In this document: positions 18,004-27,543 of the stretch, in pieces
Layout of the letters: every line of letters begins with the position of its first letter
Position numbering within the stretch: the stretch's first letter is position 1
Assembly: GCA_027623325.1 (NCBI GenBank)
Contig: JAQBXY010000001.1
Location: 67,511 to 131,510 of the forward strand
DNA from: Gemmatimonadota bacterium
GTDB taxonomy: Bacteria > Gemmatimonadota > Gemmatimonadetes > Longimicrobiales > Gaopeijiaceae
DNA: 64,000 bases
Direction: 5' to 3'
Position numbers and translations under genes: made by a program
Notes under the pieces: model-generated
Told to the model about the DNA's origin: nothing
Seen by the model: the letters and a program-made list of their open reading frames with translations, nothing else
Database searches by the model: none

Positions 18004-20703
18004 CTATTCCTGCCGGAGTGCCTCGGTCGGATCCGTCCGTGCGGCCCGCCGCGCGGGCAATACCGTTGCAATCAGCGCCGTGATCAGGAACAGAACAGCC
18101 AGGCCACCTGTCATCGCAGGGTTGGCCTCACCGCCTGTAAAGAGCTGGCGAGTCATTCCCCCGACTGGAATCGAGAGGAGAATGCCAACCGCTGCTCCCG
18201 CCACGACTACCATCGAGACGTCCCGCACGAAGAGGCGGATCACAGAGTCGCCTCCCGCTCCGAGCGCCATTCGTATGCCGATCTCCCTCCGGCGGCGGGA
18301 TACTGCGAATGAGACAACACCGTAGATACCGAGGAGCGCGAGTCCCAGAGCCATCGCACCCAGAGCGCCCAGCAAAGCGCCGATGAGACGCTGGCGCTCA
18401 AGCGTATCGCCGAGGTGGTCTGCCATCGTTCCCGCACTGAGAAGCATGATGCGCGGATCGATCTCGACGATCGCGGCCCGAACCGACGCGATGACCGCGC
18501 TCCCCGAACCCTCGATCTCGAAAAGGAAATTCGTTCGGGGGTAGGCAAAGTTGAGCGGCCAATAGATCGAAGGAGTTGGAGCTTCGCCGAGCGACCGAAC
18601 CGGCACATTGCCCACGACACCGACGATCTCCAAGCGTTGGTCGGGTTGGCCCTCGGAGCGGTACGTCTCGCCCACGACGTCGGCCCTCCCCCAATACGTC
18701 CGGCCGAACGCCTCCGACACCACGGCGACAGTGGGACCCGTCAGGTCCGACGCCTCAAGCAGCCTGCCGTGGAGAAGCGGCACGTCCATCACGTCGAAGA
18801 AGTTCGCCGATACGTAGTTCCACGGGATCTCGCTGGGAGAATCCACACCGTCGATTCCAGCCCCCAGAAGCAGGGTTGTGGTGCCCAGTTGCGCTGCGGG
18901 GAGCATCAGCGAAGTCGTCACCCGTCCGATCCCGGGGATCGCCTGCAAACGGTCTGCGATCTGTTCGTTCATGAGGGTGGCGGCTTCGCTCGGCAGTTCC
19001 AACCTGGACACGTTCAGCTGAACGAAGGCGGTACTCTCCCAGTCGAAGCCAGGCTCGGCACCCTGAGCCCGCGCCAGACTGTCCAGGAAGGTGCCTGCGA
19101 CCGCGAGTAGGAGGAGGGAGACCGCGACCTGCCCCGCGACGAGAGCGCCAGTCAGACCGAACCGCCGCCGGGCGCCGAGACCGGCGCTTCCCTCGCCGCG
19201 TATGGAAAGGTTCACATCGCGCCTCGTCGCTCGTAGAGCCGGGAGGAACCCGAACGCAAACCCTGCGAGGATCGAGACCGACAGGGTGAAGAGGAAGACC
19301 TTCAAGTCCAAACGCAAGTCGATGAGAAGCGGTAAACCGAAGTCAAACCTCGCGTTACGCAAAGCCGCGGCTGAGAGATGCGCCACCCCCAGGCCCGCAC
19401 TCCCCCCGATGGCGGCCAGCAGCATCGCTTCGGCGAACACCACCCGAATGACACGAGTACGACCTGCCCCAAGTGCAAGTCGGACTGAGATTTCCCTCGC
19501 TCGGGCGGTGCTTCGCACGAGAAGAAGATTGGCGAGATTCAGAGTTCCGATGAGCAGGACCAAGAGTACAACGCCCATCGCGAACGCGGCGGCGGGCACG
19601 AGTGTCGCGTCTGCCTCCGGGGAGATGCGAACTCCCGCGACCGGGAAGACGCTGATTCTTCTCCCGGAGTTGATGTCGGGGTAGGTCCGGGCCAGGTCGT
19701 CGGCCAGGCCGTCCATGGCCGCAGCGGCTCGCTCGACCGAGACTCCTGACGCGAGCAGGGCCCGGACGGCGAACGGGTGGTCCTGGCGCCGTGTGAGGGA
19801 AGCCGCCTGTCCTCCGGTCACCGCCATCGCCGATATCGAGAGCCAAAGATCCATGGCCAAAGGCCCACTGCCCCCGTTGAACTCGGCGGGACCCACGCCG
19901 ATTACCGTTACCAGACCCCCGCTTATCCGGAGGGTGCTTCCGAGGATCGCGGGGTCTGAGGCCAGCCTGTTGGCCCACATGTGGTGCGTGATGACCGCCT
20001 GGGGTGGGCCGCTCGGGTCGTCCGCGCTCGCATCGAACCATACACCTCGGGAGGGATGCAGTCCGATCACGTCCATGTAGGCCGACGTGGCGTACTCCAC
20101 GTTCACGGAGACGAGGCCCTCTCCCTGCTCGAGGAAGCCCCGACTCGTGTTGAAGGCGGAGGCCACAGTGAATACATCCGTCATCCGCGCCATATCCAAG
20201 AACGCCGGATAGGACGTCGAAGAAGGTGTGCCCCCGTCTGAGTCCTGGAACACCATCACGATGCGCTCCGTTGCCTCGAAGGGCGGCCGCTGGAAGAGGA
20301 GGGCGTTCACGACGCCGAACGCCGTGGAGTTCACCCCGATGCCCAGCACCAGAATCGTGAGGGCGGTCAGCGAAAAGCCTGGGCTACGAATCAGTCTGCG
20401 CCCGGCGTACACGAGGTCGTCCACCCAACCCCTCATCCCTCCACCTCCTGAAGTTCGTTCGACTTCTCGCGCCCATTCCCCATGGATCGGGCGCGTCCAT
20501 TCGCGCCAAGCAGCGCAAGCCGTGTCGAGTACCATCCCTGCCCAGAATCGCGCGCCCAGTCGGTCATGCAGTGCGAGGCGTCGATCTCGGCGATAACGAA
20601 AGAGCTCGAGTAGATCATCGCGGTGATCGCTCTGGAACGCCTTCGGATAGGCACGGATCAGCGCGCGGTAGCGTCGCTCACCTCGACCGGTCCTGGATCT
20701 CAC
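18004..20703 (-). CDS. ADOP-family duplicated ABC-type permease (two MacB-like periplasmic + FtsX modules)
   Basis: N-terminal permease-prefix segment (RYRALIRAYPKAFQSDHRDDLLELF). Two FtsX-like 4-TM modules. About 900 aa. Overlaps the upstream PadR stop by 4 nt. Confidence 0.85.
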   Translation of the reverse strand: MRSRTGRGERRYRALIRAYPKAFQSDHRDDLLELFRYRRDRRLALHDRLGARFWAGMVLDTACAAWREWTRPIHGEWAREVERTSGGGGMRGWVDDLVYAGRRLIRSPGFSLTALTILVLGIGVNSTAFGVVNALLFQRPPFEATERIVMVFQDSDGGTPSSTSYPAFLDMARMTDVFTVASAFNTSRGFLEQGEGLVSVNVEYATSAYMDVIGLHPSRGVWFDASADDPSGPPQAVITHHMWANRLASDPAILGSTLRISGGLVTVIGVGPAEFNGGSGPLAMDLWLSISAMAVTGGQAASLTRRQDHPFAVRALLASGVSVERAAAAMDGLADDLARTYPDINSGRRISVFPVAGVRISPEADATLVPAAAFAMGVVLLVLLIGTLNLANLLLVRSTARAREISVRLALGAGRTRVIRVVFAEAMLLAAIGGSAGLGVAHLSAAALRNARFDFGLPLLIDLRLDLKVFLFTLSVSILAGFAFGFLPALRATRRDVNLSIRGEGSAGLGARRRFGLTGALVAGQVAVSLLLLAVAGTFLDSLARAQGAEPGFDWESTAFVQLNVSRLELPSEAATLMNEQIADRLQAIPGIGRVTTSLMLPAAQLGTTTLLLGAGIDGVDSPSEIPWNYVSANFFDVMDVPLLHGRLLEASDLTGPTVAVVSEAFGRTYWGRADVVGETYRSEGQPDQRLEIVGVVGNVPVRSLGEAPTPSIYWPLNFAYPRTNFLFEIEGSGSAVIASVRAAIVEIDPRIMLLSAGTMADHLGDTLERQRLIGALLGALGAMALGLALLGIYGVVSFAVSRRRREIGIRMALGAGGDSVIRLFVRDVSMVVVAGAAVGILLSIPVGGMTRQLFTGGEANPAMTGGLAVLFLITALIATVLPARRAARTDPTEALRQE

Positions 20704-21032
20704 GGCGCTTCCGGGAGCACCTGGTTCGCGCGCGCCACTTCGACGAGCCGGGCTAACCGAGCGGCCTCCGCGTGCACCGCCTTTCTTCCCCGAGCGGTGA
20801 TGTCATAGAAGCGCCGCCGGGGATCAGCGCCCGGATCGGGAGCTTCGGCCTGCTCGATCAACCCTTCGGCGGTCATCTCCTTCAGAGATCGGTAAAGTGT
20901 TCCCGGACCTAGAGTTACCGTGCCGCCCGAGGCCTCGTCGACGGCTTTGGCAATGCCCAGACCGTGGGAACTGCCTCGCGACAAGGCAAGGAGAATGTGA
21001 AAGACGGCGGGGCGGACGGGATCAATAGGCAT
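20700..21032 (-). CDS. PadR-family transcriptional regulator
   Basis: FHILLALSRGSSHGLGIAKAVDEASGGTVTLGPGTLYRSLKEMTAEGLI is a typical PadR winged helix. GGAG Shine-Dalgarno 5 nt upstream of the ATG. Confidence 0.9.
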   Translation of the reverse strand: MPIDPVRPAVFHILLALSRGSSHGLGIAKAVDEASGGTVTLGPGTLYRSLKEMTAEGLIEQAEAPDPGADPRRRFYDITARGRKAVHAEAARLARLVEVARANQVLPEAP

Positions 21033-21046
21033 GACAACTCCTTGGC

Positions 21047-21078
21047 ATATCCACAGTGGATATATCTAAAGTGGATAC
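21047..21078. promoter_or_regulatory. candidate PadR operator: perfect dyad plus a third half-site
   Basis: ATATCCAC-A-GTGGATAT (21047..21063), a perfect 8-1-8 palindrome 15 nt upstream of the PadR ATG. A further GTGGATAC half-site lies at 21071..21078. Confidence 0.45.
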
Positions 21079-21157
21079 ACCGTCGCGTCAACTACGGAGC
21101 TGGTGTAGGACCTCTGCTCGCTCGCTCCGAAGGTCAGGTATGGGCCCACGCGAATCC

Positions 21158-21186
21158 TTGACCGACCCCGGACCCGACCATAGCTT
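21158..21186 (+). promoter_or_regulatory. candidate sigma70-type promoter of the suf operon
   Basis: TTGACC (21158..21163), a 17-nt spacer, then TAGCTT (21181..21186). About 70 nt upstream of sufC. Confidence 0.3.
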
Positions 21187-21257
21187 ACGGCCTGAAACGA
21201 AGAATCATTCTTGATAAGCGGAGCCTCCGGGCCCCGCTTCAATTGTCTGAGGGATCG

Positions 21258-22055
21258 ATGAGCGACGTACCCGTTCTGCGGATCGAGGGGCTCGAGGCGA
21301 AGGTCGCCGAGAGTGAATTGGGAATCCTGAACGGCCTGGACCTCCAGATCGGCAAGGGAGAGATCCATGCGATCATGGGTCCGAATGGCTCTGGAAAGAG
21401 TACGCTAGCCAAGGTCCTCGCTGGACACCCGGGCTACGAGGTAACAAGCGGGACCGTGACGTTCCGTGGAGAAGACCTCCTCACACTCGAAGCCGACGAG
21501 CGGTCGCTCGCGGGTGTGTTCTTGGCCTTCCAGTATCCAGTGGAGATCGCCGGGGTGTCGATCGCCAACTTCCTTCGCACCGCGGTTCAGGCGCATCTCC
21601 CGGAGGGCGAAGAACTCGACATCTTCGACTTCTCTGACATCCTGACCGAGCGCATGGCGATGCTCGACATGGACGTCACCTTCGCGGAGCGCCATGTAAA
21701 TGACGGCTTCAGCGGCGGGGAGAAGAAGCGCAACGAGATTCTTCAGATGGCCATGCTCAAGCCGAAGCTCGCAGTCATGGATGAGACCGATTCTGGCCTC
21801 GACATCGACGCGCTCAAGATCGTGGCCGATGGCGTCAACAAGTTGCTGGCCGAGGACCCCGATATGTCGGTCCTACTGATTACTCACTACCAGCGCCTCC
21901 TCGACTACATCAAGCCCCACCATGTCCACGTGATGGTCGACGGTCGCATCGTCGAGTCGGGTGGCCCTGAGGTGGCGCTGGAGCTCGAGGCGAACGGTTA
22001 CCGGACGTACGAGACCATCGAACCCTCCGCGAACGGCTCTGCGCCAGTCGCCTGA
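21258..22055 (+). CDS. sufC: Fe-S cluster assembly ATPase SufC
   Basis: Walker [13 protein letters not shown] signature [11 protein letters not shown]. Walker [16 protein letters not shown] 21258 is preferred over the TTG at 21243. Confidence 0.9.
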   Translation: MSDVPVLRIEGLEAKVAESELGILNGLDLQIGKGEIHAIMGPNGSGKSTLAKVLAGHPGYEVTSGTVTFRGEDLLTLEADERSLAGVFLAFQYPVEIAGVSIANFLRTAVQAHLPEGEELDIFDFSDILTERMAMLDMDVTFAERHVNDGFSGGEKKRNEILQMAMLKPKLAVMDETDSGLDIDALKIVADGVNKLLAEDPDMSVLLITHYQRLLDYIKPHHVHVMVDGRIVESGGPEVALELEANGYRTYETIEPSANGSAPVA

Positions 22056-22072
22056 CGGGAAGGAGACCCTCC

Positions 22073-23488
22073 ATGCCAGTCAACGAAACAGTCGGGGACC
22101 TCAACCTCGACGAGTACAAGTACGACTTCATCACCACCTCAGAACCGGTATTTCGAGCTCAAAAGGGGCTGTCCGAAGAAGTCGTTCGACAGATCTCTGC
22201 CCACAAGGACGAGCCCGAGTGGATGCTGGACTTCCGCCTCAAGGCGCTCAAAGTCTACGAGTCCAAGCCGATGCCCAAGTGGGGCGGCGATCTCGACGGG
22301 CTCGAAGCGGTCCTCGACGAGATCTACTTCTATGTTCGTCCTCAGGACCAGATGGAGCGTTCCTGGGACGACGTGCCCGATGAGATCAAGAACACGTTCG
22401 AGAAGCTCGGGATTCCCGAGGCTGAGCGGAAAGTCCTGGCCGGTGTCGGCGCCCAGTACGAGTCCGAGATGGTCTATCACTCGCTTCGTGAAGAGTGGCA
22501 AAAGCAGGGCGTCATTTTCGACTCGATCGAAGACGGATTGAAGAACCACCCCGAGCTCTTCCGGGAGCATTTCGGCACCATCATCCCGACAGGCGACAAC
22601 AAATTCTCCGCGATGAACTCCGCGGTCTGGTCGGGCGGATCCTTTGTCTACGTGCCCAAGGGCGTCTCTCTGGACACACCGCTCCAGGCGTACTTTCGCG
22701 TGAACCAGGAGCGGATGGGGCAGTTCGAACGAACCCTCATCATCATCGATGAAGGCGCGCAAGCACACTATATCGAAGGCTGCACCGCGCCGGTCTATTC
22801 GACGGAATCGTTCCACTCCGGCGTCATCGAAATCATCGTAAAGGACAATGCGCGCTTCCGGTATACGACCATCCAGAACTGGTCGAACAACATGTACAAC
22901 CTCGTCACCCAGCGAGCGATCGTCGGAGCGGGGGGTCACATGGAGTGGCTCGACGGCAACCTTGGTTCCAAGCTCACCATGAAGTACCCGTCCTGCTATC
23001 TCATGGGCGAAGGTGCACACGGCGAGATTCTGTCCATCGCGTACTCAGGAGATGGACAGCACCAGGACACAGGCGGGAAGGTGGTGCATGTCGCACCGTA
23101 CACGACTTCCTCGATCGTGTCGAAGTCGATCTCGAAGGGCACAGGCCGCTCCACCTACCGCGGACTCTGCAAGGTTCACGAAGGAGCTCACCACGCGCGT
23201 TCGAACGTCGAGTGCGATGCCCTCCTGATCAACGATACGTCACGGACGGACACGTACCCGTACATCGAGATCGAGGAGAGCGACGCCAGTGTCGGTCATG
23301 AGGCGTCGGTTTCGAAGATCGGTGAGGAGCAACTGTTCTATCTCACGAGTCGTGGGATTCGCGCCGACGAAGCGATGGCCATGATCGTTCGCGGGTTCAT
23401 CGAACCGATCGCGAAGCAACTGCCCTTGGAATACGCCGTCGAGTTGAACCGGCTCATCGAAATGGAAATGGAAGGCTCGGTTGGCTGA
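22073..23488 (+). CDS. sufB: Fe-S cluster assembly scaffold SufB
   Basis: 471 aa with highly conserved SufB sequence ([10 protein letters not shown]..., [12 protein letters not shown]...). GGAGA Shine-Dalgarno upstream. Confidence 0.9.
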   Translation: MPVNETVGDLNLDEYKYDFITTSEPVFRAQKGLSEEVVRQISAHKDEPEWMLDFRLKALKVYESKPMPKWGGDLDGLEAVLDEIYFYVRPQDQMERSWDDVPDEIKNTFEKLGIPEAERKVLAGVGAQYESEMVYHSLREEWQKQGVIFDSIEDGLKNHPELFREHFGTIIPTGDNKFSAMNSAVWSGGSFVYVPKGVSLDTPLQAYFRVNQERMGQFERTLIIIDEGAQAHYIEGCTAPVYSTESFHSGVIEIIVKDNARFRYTTIQNWSNNMYNLVTQRAIVGAGGHMEWLDGNLGSKLTMKYPSCYLMGEGAHGEILSIAYSGDGQHQDTGGKVVHVAPYTTSSIVSKSISKGTGRSTYRGLCKVHEGAHHARSNVECDALLINDTSRTDTYPYIEIEESDASVGHEASVSKIGEEQLFYLTSRGIRADEAMAMIVRGFIEPIAKQLPLEYAVELNRLIEMEMEGSVG

Positions 23489-23489
23489 T

Positions 23490-24830
23490 ATGACCCGAAC
23501 TACTATGTCCGACAGCACGACGGATGCCTTGAGCGCCGTTGCGGTCGATCGCCTTTCTCTCGGCGAGCCTCAGTGGCTCCGGGAGCAACGTGCACACGCG
23601 TGGGACGTCTACGAGCGTACGCCCATGCCGACGACCCGGCTCGAGCAGTGGCGCTATACAGATCTCGCGAAGACACTCGATCTCTCCGCTCTGACTCTCT
23701 CCGAATCACAGCCCGCTCAGGACGACCCGACGACCTGGCCGGAGCGGCTCCGCGTCGCGATGGACGAGGACCACGCGGCGTCTGGTCACATCGTGTTCAT
23801 CGACGGCCGCGTAGTCCATTCGGATCTCGACCCGTCGTTGGTCGCAAAGGGCGTCATCCTGATGTCCCTGCACGAGGCGCTCGATCAGCACAGCCATCTA
23901 CTTCGAGAGCACCTCACAACAACGGTGCCCGCCGAGGACGGCAAGTTCGAGGCACTCAATGCGGCGCTGTGGGCCGACGGCATTTTCCTGTACGTGCCGA
24001 AGGGTACCCAACTGGACCTTCCCGTACGCGTCACCCGGTGGTTGAGCGAGTCAGGCACCGCGTACTTCAGTCGGGTCCTGATCGTCGCCGAGTCACACAG
24101 CCGCATCTCCTACGTCGACGAGGTCCTCTCCGACGACTTCTCTTCGCAGACGTTTACCTCGACAGCCGTAGAAGTCGTGGCTCGTGATGGATCGCAGGTG
24201 CAGTACGTGGCCGTTCAGCGGCTGGGTACCAACGCGTTCTATCAGTCGGTCCAGCGCACGCTTGCGCATCGAGACTCGAAACTGGATACGCTCAACGTGG
24301 GCCTCGGCGCATCGGTATCTCGCGTCGATCTCAACGCAAAGCTGATCGGTCCGGGTGCAAATTCGGATATGCTGGGGCTCTACTTCGGTGACGCGAGTCA
24401 GCACTTCGATTTCAACACCAGCCAGGACCACCTCGAGCCGAACACAGGTAGTGATCTGCTCTACAAGGGTGCTCTCGATGGCGACAGTCGCGCAGTGTTT
24501 CGCGGCATCATCCGGGTTCATCCCGGAGCGCAGAAGACCGACGCCTATCAGACCTGTCGGACCTTGCTGCTGTCGCCGGGCGCCCGGGTAGATTCTTTGC
24601 CCAATCTCGAGATCGAAGCCGACGACGTGAAGTGCTCTCACGGCGCGACCGTGGGTCAACTCGATGCCGAGGCGAAGTTCTACCTCATGAGTCGGGGACT
24701 CGATCGGGTGCAAGCGGAGCGTCTCGTCGTGCTCGGCTTCCTCGGTGAGGTCATGTCGAGACTTCCGCTAGGTGGAGTCGTCGACAAGGTCACGCGCGCC
24801 ATCGAGGAGAAGCTCGCCCAGCACGGGTGA
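23490..24830 (+). CDS. sufD: Fe-S cluster assembly protein SufD
   Basis: SufB/D-family C-terminal beta-helix (LEIEADDVKCSHGATVGQLD). Starts 2 nt after the sufB stop. Confidence 0.85.
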   Translation: MTRTTMSDSTTDALSAVAVDRLSLGEPQWLREQRAHAWDVYERTPMPTTRLEQWRYTDLAKTLDLSALTLSESQPAQDDPTTWPERLRVAMDEDHAASGHIVFIDGRVVHSDLDPSLVAKGVILMSLHEALDQHSHLLREHLTTTVPAEDGKFEALNAALWADGIFLYVPKGTQLDLPVRVTRWLSESGTAYFSRVLIVAESHSRISYVDEVLSDDFSSQTFTSTAVEVVARDGSQVQYVAVQRLGTNAFYQSVQRTLAHRDSKLDTLNVGLGASVSRVDLNAKLIGPGANSDMLGLYFGDASQHFDFNTSQDHLEPNTGSDLLYKGALDGDSRAVFRGIIRVHPGAQKTDAYQTCRTLLLSPGARVDSLPNLEIEADDVKCSHGATVGQLDAEAKFYLMSRGLDRVQAERLVVLGFLGEVMSRLPLGGVVDKVTRAIEEKLAQHG

Positions 24831-24843
24831 GCCGATCCGCTCC

Positions 24844-25155
24844 GTGGGGCAATGGGTCAAGGTAGCGGCCGAAGGTGATTGCCCGGTCGGCAAGCTCAAG
24901 GGCGTCATGGCCGAAGGGACCCCCGTCGTCCTGGCAAACGTCGACGGCACGGTGTGCGCCTTGATGGACCGTTGCTCTCACGAAGACTACCCGCTCTCCG
25001 ATGGTGAGTTGGACGGCGGCGACGTCGTCTGCATCTACCACGGTGCCCGATTCGACGCCTGTAGCGGCGCCCGCAAATCGCTGCCGGCCATTCGGCCGGT
25101 TCGATCCTTCCCCGTCGAGATCAGGGACGGAGACATCTACGTGGACGTGGGATAA
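24844..25155 (+). CDS. Rieske-type [2Fe-2S] ferredoxin embedded in the suf operon
   Basis: CSHEDYPLSDG...CIYHGARF (CxH...CxxH Rieske ligands). GTG 24844 is chosen because it is the first start after the sufD stop; the start is uncertain. Confidence 0.7.
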   Translation: MGQWVKVAAEGDCPVGKLKGVMAEGTPVVLANVDGTVCALMDRCSHEDYPLSDGELDGGDVVCIYHGARFDACSGARKSLPAIRPVRSFPVEIRDGDIYVDVG

Positions 25156-25174
25156 GCCCCCAGGACACCCGACC

Positions 25175-26410
25175 ATGCCCCGCACCGACTTCGATCCGAT
25201 CGCGATCCGAAAGGAATTCCCCGCGCTGGATCAGACAGTTAACGGCAAGCCGCTGATCTATCTCGACAGCGCGGCGACGTCTCAGAAGCCCCGCGCTGTG
25301 CTCGATGCTCTCGATGCCTACTACGAGCGGGACAACGCGAACGTCCATCGGGGGATTCACGAGCTGTCCCGACGCGCGACGATCGCCTACGAGGATGCGC
25401 GCGGCAGGGTGGGCTCGTGGATCAATGCCGTCGAGCCATCCGAGATCATTTGGACGCGTGGCACCACCGAGGCCATCAACCTAGTCGCCATGGCGTGGGG
25501 GCTCGACAACGTCGGCAAGGGAGACGAGATCCTCCTTTCCGTGTTGGAGCACCACTCCAACATCATTCCTTGGCAGCTGCTGGCGAAGCGGACAGGGGCG
25601 AAGCTCCGCTATATCGAACTCGATGAACAGGGCCGTTTGATTCTCGACGACCTGGATTCACTGCTGTCGAGGCGGACGAAGATCGTCGCGATCTCCCACG
25701 TCTCGAACGCGCTAGGCACGATCAATCCCGTGAAGCGGATCACCGAGGCCGCGCACGCCGTTGGTGCGATCGTGGTCGTGGATGGAGCCCAGGGAGCGGT
25801 ACACACCAAGGTCGACGTCCAGGATCTGGGTGTCGATTTCTATGCGTTCAGCGGGCACAAGATGTGCGGCCCGACGGGCATCGGTGTGCTGTGGGGCCGT
25901 CGAGCCCTGCTGGACGCGATGTCACCGTATCAGGGTGGCGGCGAGATGATCCATTTCGTGGGTCGCGAGGAGAGCACATGGGCCTCGGTCCCCCACAAGT
26001 TCGAAGCGGGGACACCCAACATCGCCGGCGCCATCGGAATGGGTGCTGCGGTCGACTTCCTCTCGGAGATCGGCATGGATGCGATCGCTGTGCATGAGCG
26101 TGACCTCATGGCCTACGCGATCGAGAAAGTGGGTGCCATCCCCGGTCTCACGATCTACGGGCCCACCTCGCTCGACGAGCGGTCCGCCGTGCTTTCGTTT
26201 TCACTGGGTGACGCTCATCCGCATGACATTTCAACGATTCTCGACTCGGACGGGATCGCGGTTCGGGCAGGTCATCACTGTGCCCAACTCGTCATGAAGC
26301 ATTTCGGTGTGGCGGCTACGGCCCGTGCGTCTTTCTACCTGTACAACACGAAGGACGACGTCGATCGCCTCGTGGATGGGCTCGAACAAGTCCGTACGAT
26401 CTTCGCCTAG
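25175..26410 (+). CDS. sufS: cysteine desulfurase SufS (group II)
   Basis: IYLDSAATSQKP, the PLP-lysine region FSGHKMCGPTGIG, and the catalytic loop RAGHHCAQ. Confidence 0.9.
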   Translation: MPRTDFDPIAIRKEFPALDQTVNGKPLIYLDSAATSQKPRAVLDALDAYYERDNANVHRGIHELSRRATIAYEDARGRVGSWINAVEPSEIIWTRGTTEAINLVAMAWGLDNVGKGDEILLSVLEHHSNIIPWQLLAKRTGAKLRYIELDEQGRLILDDLDSLLSRRTKIVAISHVSNALGTINPVKRITEAAHAVGAIVVVDGAQGAVHTKVDVQDLGVDFYAFSGHKMCGPTGIGVLWGRRALLDAMSPYQGGGEMIHFVGREESTWASVPHKFEAGTPNIAGAIGMGAAVDFLSEIGMDAIAVHERDLMAYAIEKVGAIPGLTIYGPTSLDERSAVLSFSLGDAHPHDISTILDSDGIAVRAGHHCAQLVMKHFGVAATARASFYLYNTKDDVDRLVDGLEQVRTIFA

Positions 26411-26490
26411 AACGACAGCTTCGGCACCAGAGGTGCCGAAGCTTGCTTCAGGCCTTACATTGCCGACCCATAAATACCGTGCAGGCGCCG

Positions 26491-26943
26491 ATGGATACTC
26501 CGCAACTCTCGTCACTCTATCAGCAGCTCATTCTCGAGCACTACCGCAATCCGCGGAATAAGGCAGAGCTCAAGGAGAAGACTGTTGAGATCCACATGGC
26601 CAATCCGGTCTGTGGCGACGAGATCCGTCTGCAACTCAGAATCGAGGGCGACCACATCGCCGAAGCCAAATTCGTCGGTCAAGGCTGCTCGATTTCGCAG
26701 GCTGCCATCAGCATGATGACGACCTTGCTCCAGGGCAGAAAGCTCGACGAGGCCGACGCTCTCGCGAAACGCTTCACGGAGATGATGCACGGGGACGAAG
26801 ATGCGTCGAAGGACAAAGCGCTCGGTGATCTGAGAGCGTTGAAGGGGGTCAGCAAGTTCCCCGTTCGAATCAAGTGCGCCCTACTCGGCTTCGACGCGCT
26901 GCAGGAGGCGCTCAAGAAAGACGGCGCGGGAGAGACCCACTGA
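26491..26943 (+). CDS. sufU: SUF-type NifU/IscU-like sulfur acceptor SufU
   Basis: LYQQLILEHYRNPRN, NPVCGDEI, GQGCSISQAA and VRIKCALL are the typical SufU Zn/Cys ligand motifs. Confidence 0.85.
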   Translation: MDTPQLSSLYQQLILEHYRNPRNKAELKEKTVEIHMANPVCGDEIRLQLRIEGDHIAEAKFVGQGCSISQAAISMMTTLLQGRKLDEADALAKRFTEMMHGDEDASKDKALGDLRALKGVSKFPVRIKCALLGFDALQEALKKDGAGETH

Positions 26944-26969
26944 CCTCGGTCGAGGTCCACTCGGCTCAC

Positions 26970-27488
26970 TTGCCCGGCACGCGCGCCGGGCCTGTCACGA
27001 TTTGGACGTCTTCGAGTGGGGTACGGCGCCTCGAGTTCGGAGCACTACCTCGCGAACGGAACACCGATCCGCCCGAGGAATGGCCGGACGGTCTCCGCAG
27101 GGCCGTGGAACAGCTCCAGGAGTACTTTCGGAAGGAGCGGACCACGTTCGACCTCGAGCTGGACTTCTCGGGCGTGACGTCGGACTTCCAACGGGAAGTG
27201 TACGACCGTCTGCTCTTGGTCGAGTACGGTCATGTGACGTCGTACGGGCAGTTGGCCAGTGAAATCGGGAAGCCGGATCAGGCGCGAGCCGTGGGTCAGG
27301 CGGTCGGAGCGAATCCGATTCCGATCCTGATCCCTTGTCATCGCGTCATCGCGTCTGACGGGCGCCTTACGGGCTTCTCCGGAGGCCTGGAAGCCAAGGT
27401 CGCGCTGCTGACGCTCGAGGGTATCGACGTCGGCGGGACCAGCGCCACGAGCCGCGTCTATCCGGAAGTCATTCCGCTCGATCTCTAG
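26970..27488 (+). CDS. ogt: methylated-DNA--protein-cysteine methyltransferase
   Basis: Active site IPCHRV, upstream VTSYGQLA...ARAVGQAVGANPIPILIP. The start is uncertain: TTG 26970 is chosen, and ORF 26874 would overlap sufU by 70 nt. Confidence 0.75.
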   Translation: MPGTRAGPVTIWTSSSGVRRLEFGALPRERNTDPPEEWPDGLRRAVEQLQEYFRKERTTFDLELDFSGVTSDFQREVYDRLLLVEYGHVTSYGQLASEIGKPDQARAVGQAVGANPIPILIPCHRVIASDGRLTGFSGGLEAKVALLTLEGIDVGGTSATSRVYPEVIPLDL

Positions 27489-27543
27489 GTAGGCTCCGCT
27501 AGAAGCAGGGAGCGCCGCTCGCCGGAGCCCGGCTGCATTGGGA

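Noticed and set aside
22139-23020. 293-aa minus-strand ORF
   Set aside because: It is antisense to sufB, one of the most conserved genes in the window. Shadow ORF.
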